Below are positions 56,924-64,000 of a DNA stretch of 64,000 bases, piece by piece. The notes below the pieces were generated by a model. The model did no database searches and was not told the DNA's origin. It saw only the letters and a list, made by a program, of their open reading frames with translations. The DNA is from an uncultured Gammaproteobacteria bacterium (GTDB taxonomy: Bacteria; Patescibacteriota; Microgenomatia; Levybacterales; GWA1-39-11). The position numbers and the translations under genes are program-made. Position 1 is the first letter of the stretch; the number at the start of each line of letters is the position of its first letter. The stretch lies in assembly GCA_964406795.1 (NCBI GenBank), contig CAYOTA010000001.1, positions 5,383-69,382 of the forward strand, read 5' to 3'.

Positions 56924-57118
56924 GTGAATGAAAAATTAGGTAAGAGGATTAGGAGAGCTAGAAAAGATAGGAAAATTACCCAAGAGGAGCTAGCTGATAG
57001 GGTGGATCTCCACTACACAACCATAAGTAGGATTGAAAGAGGTATAAGTAATCCTCCCGTTCAAACTGTCAGCAAGATTGCGAAAGCGTTAAAAGTTTCT
57101 TTATCAGACCTCTTCTAG
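56924..57118 (+). CDS. XRE-family helix-turn-helix transcriptional regulator (about 64 aa).
   Basis: 'LGKRIRRARKDRKITQEELADRVDLHYTTISRIERGISNPPVQTVSKIAKALKVSLSDLF' is the canonical Cro/C1-type HTH. The track ORF starts at 56813 with a 37-aa non-HTH leader. An in-frame GTG at 56924 gives the typical length; the start is uncertain. Confidence 0.7.
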   Translation: MNEKLGKRIRRARKDRKITQEELADRVDLHYTTISRIERGISNPPVQTVSKIAKALKVSLSDLF

Positions 57119-57129
57119 CTTTTTCTAAC

Positions 57130-58653
57130 TTAGAATTTCATATCCATAGTAAAAAATGGAGTTGACATATCAACCCTCTCTCCCGCAAAATCTACGTAAA
57201 TAGGGCCACTCGGTTCGGAATTTTCCCAGTTAGTTTTGTAATATGGCCTGTCGCTTTCGATTGATTTTATTATCAATGTGGAAAATCCATCTGCTAAATC
57301 CTCGTGCTTTTCAATACCAAAATTAGTAATCTGTGAAATTAGTTCTGCTGCTCCATAGCGTGGGAATAATACTTTTCCACTTTTAATGTATGGTGTTGTA
57401 ATACTTAACCTTGCGCTCTTGTCTAGACCATTCACGCTTACCGGCTCTGCGAATAATTTCTCAACAATTAGTTGCTGAACGACTGCTAATTGGTAGGCAA
57501 CATTCTCGACAAAGATAATTGGCTGTCTTTTAAACTCTAATTGCATACGAGTGCTCATTTTTTTAATTTCATCGATTGTTTGTGGGTAAGTTAATCTCTT
57601 GTTAACAATATAAGGCAAGATGTATATCTGAAGGGTTTCACCATAGCCAACAATGTAGGCCGGGACTAGCGTTGTAAAATCTGCTGTAGTTTTCTGAGAA
57701 ATCGCCAGATCCACTCCAACAGCGAGCAACCGGGGTGGATCTTCTCTGATATCCGGAAGACTATCGTAAAACTGAATCCATTCTTTTTTTACAACCCTAT
57801 CCTCGTCAGCGATAATCTTTAGAAGATACTCGCGAAACCAAGCTGATTCATTTGGAACTTTACTTTTTAATTGTTCTATCTCAACAAGGGAAGGGAATTT
57901 TGACTTCCAGAGAATATTATTTTTATCATCAAGTAATGGATACTCGCGATATTCCCCATCCATCGTACCGTTAATCAAGCTCTCTTTGACACGCATCATT
58001 AGGGAATCTTCATGCAACATATTCCCAACGCAAATTAGTTTTGTACCACTATCTCCTATAGGAATTACCTCTCCTGTCAGCCAATTCCAAATTTTATCCC
58101 GTCCTTCCTTTGTTTTGACAGTTTCCAGATCCTCCACGTCATCAAGAACTGTTAGGTCAGGACGGTACTGCCTATGCCTTAGTCCTCGGATACTCTCACT
58201 TGCTGAAATTGCAGTTATGCGACTCCCGTACTGGGAAATAACCAAAGAGTTTGCTCTCCACTCATCAGCCACTTCACTAAATGGTCCAAAATCTTTAATG
58301 AGTAATTCATTTGATTCAAATTCCTGTTTTATGTTTGCAAGGATTTGTCTAGACAGTCCTTGAGTTTGACTTACTAACAAAATGTACTTTTTTGAAAGCA
58401 TTCCAATCATTGCCCAAATGGGATAAGAAAGTGTCGCAATGGTTGATTTTGCGGATCCACGGAAGGCTACAATTCCGACCGTCATTACGTCCTGGTCTTC
58501 AAGGAGAGCAAACATTTCTTTGTGAAAATCTGCTGTTGGGTAAAGGATGTAATGACTGAAATAGGTATGGAAAAACCAAAAAAAGCTTTTCTTAACTAGG
58601 GCTTTCCGAAAAGTTTGATCGTTTAGTATTCGATTAAATATTTCATCATTCAT
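57130..58653 (-). CDS. Phage terminase large subunit (TerL).
   Basis: ATPase Walker A 'VAFRGSAKSTIA' and Walker B 'LTVLDDVED'. C-terminal RNase-H-like nuclease beginning 'LLAVGVDLAISQKTTADFTTLV'. 507 aa. Confidence 0.7.
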   Translation of the reverse strand: MNDEIFNRILNDQTFRKALVKKSFFWFFHTYFSHYILYPTADFHKEMFALLEDQDVMTVGIVAFRGSAKSTIATLSYPIWAMIGMLSKKYILLVSQTQGLSRQILANIKQEFESNELLIKDFGPFSEVADEWRANSLVISQYGSRITAISASESIRGLRHRQYRPDLTVLDDVEDLETVKTKEGRDKIWNWLTGEVIPIGDSGTKLICVGNMLHEDSLMMRVKESLINGTMDGEYREYPLLDDKNNILWKSKFPSLVEIEQLKSKVPNESAWFREYLLKIIADEDRVVKKEWIQFYDSLPDIREDPPRLLAVGVDLAISQKTTADFTTLVPAYIVGYGETLQIYILPYIVNKRLTYPQTIDEIKKMSTRMQLEFKRQPIIFVENVAYQLAVVQQLIVEKLFAEPVSVNGLDKSARLSITTPYIKSGKVLFPRYGAAELISQITNFGIEKHEDLADGFSTLIIKSIESDRPYYKTNWENSEPSGPIYVDFAGERVDMSTPFFTMDMKF

Positions 58654-59077
58654 TTATTTTCTCCGTATCCATAACTTTTGCAGGAATTAGTGATGCCATT
58701 TCTAAAGCTTTTCTTATAAGAGCTTCCTGTTCTGGCGTTAGATCTTCATCAAGTTGCTTTGCGATTGTCATAACCTCAACTTTTGTAGTGTACTTAGGGT
58801 GGTGGTGCTTAAGCCAAAAAGTAATTGCAGTAAGGTTTTTATCCCTTATTGCACTCATAAGTTGTGACTCTGCCATGTCGTTTACTAATAGCGAACCGTC
58901 AGATATTGCTTGGTCTGTGTTTTTCGCAAATTCGATATCGTCTTTTAGCCACCTGTAATAAGTAGCTCGACTGACTCCCGATTTATCACATGCAATTTGC
59001 ACGATGGGGGTTTTTCGTAAATGCTCGATAATTTTACTTTTTTCGCCTGATTGTCTTTTCTGAATTGTTTTATCCAT
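58646..59077 (-). CDS. Putative terminase small subunit (HTH DNA-binding protein).
   Basis: 143 aa. 'IVQIACDKSGVSRATYYRWLKDDIEFAKN' HTH. It lies immediately upstream of terL with an 8-nt overlap, the usual terS-terL arrangement. Confidence 0.5.
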   Translation of the reverse strand: MDKTIQKRQSGEKSKIIEHLRKTPIVQIACDKSGVSRATYYRWLKDDIEFAKNTDQAISDGSLLVNDMAESQLMSAIRDKNLTAITFWLKHHHPKYTTKVEVMTIAKQLDEDLTPEQEALIRKALEMASLIPAKVMDTEKINE

Positions 59078-60404
59078 GAATTTTTTCTGCTTTCTGTCCT
59101 GTTAACTTTTCCCACCTTTTTATAATTACTTCGGAATAAACAGGCGATTTTTCCATCCCATAACATCGGCGATTCATTTTTGTCGAGGCGATTAATGTAC
59201 TGCCGCTTCCGGAGAAGGGTTCTACCACTAAATTGCCACGTTTTGTCAGCATTTTTATGTACGGGATTAATATCTCAATAGGTTTGGTTCCAAAAATTAC
59301 CCCTTGCCCGGAATGTTTCTCGTCGGAAGCTACGTACTCGATAAAATCGGTTGGTTGGTTTTTCTTACCCCTTTGGTACCCTTCCCAATGTGGCTTGCCT
59401 GCAATGGCGTAGAGTGCTGTTTCATACTCTTCTTGCAGTCCATCTACCTCTTCCTCTAGATTAAAGGGAATATCTTTATCCGGGGACGCGCCAACCATTG
59501 CAATATCATGCTTTGAAAAGAATTTGTATTTGGCTGAAAAACCTTGATGCCTATTGGGTAAATGCCAAACAATCATATTTTTTACTTTCCAATGTTTCTC
59601 AAGTTCTCCCCAAATGACACGAAGGTTTTTCCAATTTTCGTAGACAATTATGCTGAAATGTTCGTTTTGTACTTTTGAGATGTTAGCCATCCATTTTTCT
59701 GTAAAGTCAGGTGGTAAAACGTCTGTTTCTAAATAGCGTCTGTCTCTTTTTGCACCAAAACCAGTTACCGCATTTCCATGTTTTTTCTTTCCATTTAAGT
59801 AATCCAAAATGTAAGGGGGATCAGTAAAACACATATCGGCTTTCTCGCCATTCATTAATTTCAACATGTCTTCTTCTATGGTCGAGTCTCCACACATCAA
59901 CCGACTATCGCCCAAAGAATAGACATCACCTTTTTGGGTATTAATCTTTTGAATATTCAATTTCTGAAGTTCTTTTTCAAGATCAAATTCCTCCGGAGAG
60001 ATATCGAGCTTAAAAATATCATCAAGTTCGTCTGTTGAGAAACCAACATCTGAAAGAAATGACTCGTCAAACTTGGCAAGCAAATCCCAATCAAACTCTC
60101 CAGTATTTTTATTCAACCGCAAATTCAGCTCTTTTTCTTTCTCCAGATCGGGAATATCAACATATACTACAGGTACCGTCTTATATCCCAGTTGCTTGGC
60201 CACTTCCCATCGGAAATGACCACCTATGATGGTGTTTTTACGATCTGGCGAAGAGTTGGCTATAACCGGATCTACAAGTCCAAAGCGTAAGATGCTTTGC
60301 TTAAGTTGCTCAGTAGCCTCTTCATCATGTTTACGAGGGTTATAGTCCGCTGGTATTAAATCGTTAGTTGGAACATCAACTGTCTGGATGGATATGCTTT
60401 GCAT
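59070..60404 (-). CDS. ParB-like nuclease domain fused to a DNA N6-adenine / N4-cytosine methyltransferase (beta-class amino-MTase).
   Basis: N-terminal ParB/Srx box 'IIGGHFRWEVAKQLGYKTVPVVYVD'. Catalytic motif IV 'CFTDPPYILDY' followed by AdoMet motif I 'VVEPFSGSGSTLIAS'. The order IV then I marks beta-class N6A/N4C MTases. Confidence 0.75.
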   Translation of the reverse strand: MQSISIQTVDVPTNDLIPADYNPRKHDEEATEQLKQSILRFGLVDPVIANSSPDRKNTIIGGHFRWEVAKQLGYKTVPVVYVDIPDLEKEKELNLRLNKNTGEFDWDLLAKFDESFLSDVGFSTDELDDIFKLDISPEEFDLEKELQKLNIQKINTQKGDVYSLGDSRLMCGDSTIEEDMLKLMNGEKADMCFTDPPYILDYLNGKKKHGNAVTGFGAKRDRRYLETDVLPPDFTEKWMANISKVQNEHFSIIVYENWKNLRVIWGELEKHWKVKNMIVWHLPNRHQGFSAKYKFFSKHDIAMVGASPDKDIPFNLEEEVDGLQEEYETALYAIAGKPHWEGYQRGKKNQPTDFIEYVASDEKHSGQGVIFGTKPIEILIPYIKMLTKRGNLVVEPFSGSGSTLIASTKMNRRCYGMEKSPVYSEVIIKRWEKLTGQKAEKIHG

Positions 60405-60465
60405 AGCCTATTTATATACGAGCTTGATAAGAAGGTCATGGAAGGTTTAGAAATTCCTTAAGCTC

Positions 60466-61167
60466 TCAAATTAGATTTAGTTCACCTAGATTTCTTTTAC
60501 ATCTGGTGATTATTGTTCCCACCGATTCATCTATGCTTTTTCCTGCTTCTGATTTTTCAACTATCTTCTTGAATTCTGGATGCTCCACAAGTCTCTTATA
60601 TATAGATTTTGAGTTACCCTTTTTGATATTCAGATATAGCTCGTAAATTACGAAATCACGCTCAAAAGTTTTCCATTCACGGTTTCTTTTTCCACCTTTA
60701 TATTCAACCAGCTTCTGTTGTTCAGCCTCTATCTTTTCCCAAAGTCCATCAAAAACGTCTTCCTTTATGGTCCATGGATAAATTGTGAGGCTAACTTTGA
60801 CTGATTGTTTATCATTCAAAATACCAATTTGTTTTCCATGAGTAAATTTAATGGGGGCTTTCTTCTTGCCAAAATATATATACCACTGTAATCCAAGTTG
60901 AAATTTGTCTTTATCCTCTTTCTTTAGGTTGAATTCCTTAATGACACTATCAATAAAGCCTTCGTAGTAAATATCTTTAGCATGAGCCTTGATGCTCCAC
61001 TCGTGGTATTCCTTAGCAGTCTTGAACCCATCAGGAGGAAACAGGAGTCCTTTTGACTTCATTTCCTGCGTAAATTTATCAAACAAGAGATTAAATTTTT
61101 TTGAATTCAAAACAGCCTGAAGCGTATAGAAATCGTTTTCAAATAATATTCTTGTGTCTTTAGCCAT
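60466..61167 (-). CDS. Hypothetical protein (233 aa), unknown function.
   Basis: Lys/Glu-rich, soluble. No recognisable catalytic or DNA-binding motif. Divergent from the HNH gene. Confidence 0.4.
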   Translation of the reverse strand: MAKDTRILFENDFYTLQAVLNSKKFNLLFDKFTQEMKSKGLLFPPDGFKTAKEYHEWSIKAHAKDIYYEGFIDSVIKEFNLKKEDKDKFQLGLQWYIYFGKKKAPIKFTHGKQIGILNDKQSVKVSLTIYPWTIKEDVFDGLWEKIEAEQQKLVEYKGGKRNREWKTFERDFVIYELYLNIKKGNSKSIYKRLVEHPEFKKIVEKSEAGKSIDESVGTIITRCKRNLGELNLI

Positions 61168-61239
61168 ACAAACTACTTCTATTGTTTAGTTGAACTAAAA
61201 TATGTAAAATCATGTTAACAAATAGTAAATTCTAAAACA

Positions 61240-62853
61240 ATGAAAACAGAAGGTAAGATTCCAGAAATATCATCAATGGATGATATTGTAAAACCTCAAA
61301 AATATGGTGACGACAGAAGACCTTGGAATGAGGCATTTGTTTCCTATATGCAACAACTGGTTGAGCATCCTAATTTTGCAGGGATGCCTTCTGCGATCGA
61401 TGATGATGGGAGAATAAGATGGAATGCTCCTTCGAACAGGCCTCCAGGTAAATGGCAAGACTTAAGAGATAGACGACTTTCATGGTGGAGAAAAAAAGCA
61501 GATGAGCTAGGTATCGATCAAAATGGCAAGTGGATTTCTAAAGTGGTAAAAGTGATACATCCATTTCAAGAAAAGCCATGTCAAACTTGTGGCAGAATGA
61601 TGTCTTTAAGTTATGTTTATCCAACAAAAAATGCACTTAAAAAGATTAATACAGCATTAGGTGAAAAAGACCAAATTCAATATGATATTTTTTTGAATAT
61701 TTATGAGGTCACTCAATATCTAGAAGATAAGCTAGGGAAGGACGGATTAAATATACTTGAAAAGCTTTTTCCTCAACTTAAAGAAGTTCAGGAAAAAAAT
61801 TCAAAGGAAATTATTGAATTTTTAGCGGAGAAAATTGTACCGATGGAACCAAAAGGGATATTGAGCCCTGGCTCTATGTCAAATGCTCCAGACAGACTTG
61901 ACGGTTTTCATACATACAACTTGTGCTGTAGACATCGTCAGGACACAGGAAGGTCATCCGATAACCTAAGAACATATAGCGACGATCGTAGAGCTTTCGA
62001 ATTTTGGTGTGAAGGAGATTGGGCAGCAGCTAACTTGCTTATGACTTTAGGTACTGAAGGTATTTGTCCTGAATGTGGCCGAAAAGCCTTAATGACTGCT
62101 GATCATATCGGACCTATCTCTTTGGGTTTTACACATCGACCACGCTTCCAACCAATGTGCGGTAGTTGCAACAGTTCTAAGGGAAACCGATTGAGCCTAA
62201 AAGATGTGAAAGAATTAATCAAAGGCGAATCGCTCGGTGAAATCGTTGTATCCAGACAAATAAATAAGCTATGGAATTTAGTAAAAGGCAAAGTAAAGAC
62301 CAATGAAGAAGCGAACAAACTCAGTAAATTGTTAAGGATTAATCAACATTATTATTTACTAATTTTGAAAGAAATTTACGATCTTGGTTATCCAGATTTG
62401 TTACTTTCTTTTTTGAATCCCGAACTAGCTGATGAGAAAATTGATTTTGAAGAGTTAGATGGAACAAACTTTCAGTATAAAAAAATTAGTAAGTCAAAAA
62501 GGCAAGATACATATTCAGAAAGTAAGGCATGTAGAATGATAAGAATTGCATTTGATGCATTAGATGACTATGCCTCAAAGAATAAAAGGAATATTCATTT
62601 AGTTCCTGAGGAAATAACCAACCCATCTCATGAGAAAATTATTCAATCTCTTCCTAGTGATAGGACTAAAGGATCTTTACGTTTTGAGTTTCTAGAAATA
62701 CTCAAAAGTCCAAAAGATGGAGAAGAACGATCGGCTTTACTTCAAGTATTATTTAAGGGTGTTTATCCAAAACTAAATGATCCAAAAGATTTTTATGATG
62801 CCGTTCAAGAATACAATGACAAAGTGGGTGAGTATTTAAGTAATTCTTTTTAG
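61240..62853 (+). CDS. HNH-motif nuclease, putative type II restriction endonuclease (537 aa).
   Basis: Zinc ribbon 'CQTCGRMMS'. Canonical HNH core 'CPECGRKALMTADHIGPISLGFTHRPRFQPMCGSCNSSKGNR'. Convergent with the C5-MTase gene, with an 18-nt tail overlap. Confidence 0.55.
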   Translation: MKTEGKIPEISSMDDIVKPQKYGDDRRPWNEAFVSYMQQLVEHPNFAGMPSAIDDDGRIRWNAPSNRPPGKWQDLRDRRLSWWRKKADELGIDQNGKWISKVVKVIHPFQEKPCQTCGRMMSLSYVYPTKNALKKINTALGEKDQIQYDIFLNIYEVTQYLEDKLGKDGLNILEKLFPQLKEVQEKNSKEIIEFLAEKIVPMEPKGILSPGSMSNAPDRLDGFHTYNLCCRHRQDTGRSSDNLRTYSDDRRAFEFWCEGDWAAANLLMTLGTEGICPECGRKALMTADHIGPISLGFTHRPRFQPMCGSCNSSKGNRLSLKDVKELIKGESLGEIVVSRQINKLWNLVKGKVKTNEEANKLSKLLRINQHYYLLILKEIYDLGYPDLLLSFLNPELADEKIDFEELDGTNFQYKKISKSKRQDTYSESKACRMIRIAFDALDDYASKNKRNIHLVPEEITNPSHEKIIQSLPSDRTKGSLRFEFLEILKSPKDGEERSALLQVLFKGVYPKLNDPKDFYDAVQEYNDKVGEYLSNSF

Positions 62854-64000
62854 GAATTCTTCTGGCGATATCTTATTTCTCATTAAAGCTTGATAGTCAT
62901 TTTGGGGTTCACTTATATAATCTTTTTCACTTCCATCCTCTCCATGACCCAACGACGGTAAATCACTAAGTGCATCTTCAGCAGAAATAAATTTTGCGTT
63001 AATATCTTTAAGATCAAAGATTTTTTGAAGAGGACTAATTGCGCTGCTTCCCTCTCTTTTTCCTACCAAGACAATTCTTTTTCTTCTTTGTGGAACGGCA
63101 TACTCTTCAGTGCTAATTTTCCATATAGAAAGAGTATCTATAACGGATTCCAGAGATTCTTTAATCTCCTGGAAAAATTTGCCCTTCTCCATACTTAACA
63201 TTCCCATTACATTTTCAAATACAAATCCATCAGGTTTAAGAACCTCGACTATTTCTTTATAATTGTTAAATAGACTATTTCTTTCATCCTCTCGAGATCT
63301 TTTATTTCCCGCTGTAGAGAAACCCTGACAGGGTGGCCCACCCAGAATATAGAATGGTTTGTCTTTATGTTTTTTTCGTATCTCATTCACTTGCTTCACA
63401 AGTTCATCAAATACTGGTCTATCACGAATGTCGCCAACAACTACATTAGGGTGAATATTTTTTGCATATGTTTTTAAAAAAACTCCATCAATATCATTAG
63501 CCACAATTGACTCCCATCCTGCCCATTTAAATCCAAGCGAAAGCCCTCCTGAACCAGCAAACAAGTCAACAAAAATGCCTTTGCTGTCTATGTGTTTTGC
63601 TATTTGATATGCAAGAAGGGGTGGAACTGCATTTCCTATTTGTTTATTAATACTAGTCTTGGAACCAACAAATTCAAAATCATCAGGAAAGCTTTGTAAA
63701 CGAGCTGCTTCTCTCTGGGAAATTAAACGATGCTGATCTTTTGCATAGTGAATAAAACAGCCATTGCCAGGACGATTAAAATAAGTGCTTATTGTATATG
63801 CTGGTTTATTAGGTAGAAGTCTTCCGTAGTATGTAGAACGGCTCCCACTTCCATTCTCAAAGCCAATTCTTATTTGTTCTAGACGCTTTGATGGTATCGA
63901 AGTAGGAATATTTTTCCAGTTCCCACCTGGAGGAACATTCTTAACCATTCTTACATCTAAGTCGCTTAATTTTGCTGAGTAATGATTTTTTATCATATAG
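62836..64000 (-). CDS. DNA (cytosine-5)-methyltransferase, circularly permuted motif order, 5'-incomplete at the window edge.
   Basis: Motifs in the order IX 'AYTISTYF' - X 'NKQIGNAVPPLLA' - I 'DLFAGSGGLSLGF' - IV 'GGPPCQGFSTAG' - VI 'FVFENVMGM' - VIII 'QRRKRIVLVG'. The reading frame is open to position 64000 (no stop upstream of the ATG at 63994-63996), so the N-terminus may lie outside the window. Confidence 0.75.
   Translation of the reverse strand, partial: YMIKNHYSAKLSDLDVRMVKNVPPGGNWKNIPTSIPSKRLEQIRIGFENGSGSRSTYYGRLLPNKPAYTISTYFNRPGNGCFIHYAKDQHRLISQREAARLQSFPDDFEFVGSKTSINKQIGNAVPPLLAYQIAKHIDSKGIFVDLFAGSGGLSLGFKWAGWESIVANDIDGVFLKTYAKNIHPNVVVGDIRDRPVFDELVKQVNEIRKKHKDKPFYILGGPPCQGFSTAGNKRSREDERNSLFNNYKEIVEVLKPDGFVFENVMGMLSMEKGKFFQEIKESLESVIDTLSIWKISTEEYAVPQRRKRIVLVGKREGSSAISPLQKIFDLKDINAKFISAEDALSDLPSLGHGEDGSEKDYISEPQNDYQALMRNKISPEEFLKRIT

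Noticed and set aside
1-64000. CRISPR arrays, rRNA genes, IS elements with terminal inverted repeats, or long tandem DNA repeats.
   Set aside because: Visual scanning found no regularly spaced direct repeats, no rRNA-like conserved blocks and no transposase (DDE or HUH) ORFs. The only recombinase is the serine recombinase at 47211-48542.

Overview
The window is AT-rich (about 30% GC by eye) and gene-dense, and it has two distinct parts.

Part 1 (1..46819) is one long, almost uninterrupted minus-strand array of roughly 40 genes. Start and stop codons frequently overlap, so translational coupling is likely. The array is dominated by multi-pass GT-C-fold membrane glycosyltransferase-like paralogs that resolve into five families. 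Interleaved with these are eight GT2 genes, some DPM1/GtrB-like polyprenol-phosphate sugar synthases and some WcaA-like (Mg-dependent GT2 enzymes are recognisable by the Asp-x-Asp 'DXD' motif). Two GT4 genes, galE (UDP-glucose 4-epimerase), a SAM-dependent methyltransferase and a Wzx-like flippase complete the block.

- GT39/PMT/ArnT-like: six members, all carrying the periplasmic-loop DE motif.
- YfhO-like: three members of about 750-800 aa.
- A roughly 550-aa family with an N-terminal 'THDGE/Q' motif and a C-terminal 'YFPGW' motif: four members.
- DUF2029/GT87-like: two members.
- A further pair of related membrane proteins, plus singletons.

This looks like an expanded lipid-carrier-dependent surface and protein glycosylation island. 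By gene content it resembles uncultivated low-GC bacteria (CPR/Patescibacteria-like), though that placement is inference.

Part 2 (46964..64000) begins at a tRNA-Glu(CUC) gene that is immediately followed by a large serine recombinase. This marks the edge of an integrated, mosaic mobile element. Its cargo is partly GC-richer (about 45-50% GC across 49.2-55.6 kb):

- a redox module: HxlR regulator, NmrA-like reductase, LUD protein, second NmrA-like reductase;
- a minimal 2-TM K+ channel;
- a MarR-regulated MacA/MacB-type tripartite ABC exporter with a perfect palindromic operator;
- a DUF4352-like secreted protein and an XRE regulator;
- a phage packaging module (TerS plus TerL) with no structural genes in view;
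- a ParB-domain DNA amino-methyltransferase;
- a putative type II restriction-modification pair: an HNH nuclease convergent with a circularly permuted C5-cytosine methyltransferase that runs off the window edge.

No CRISPR array, rRNA or IS element was seen.
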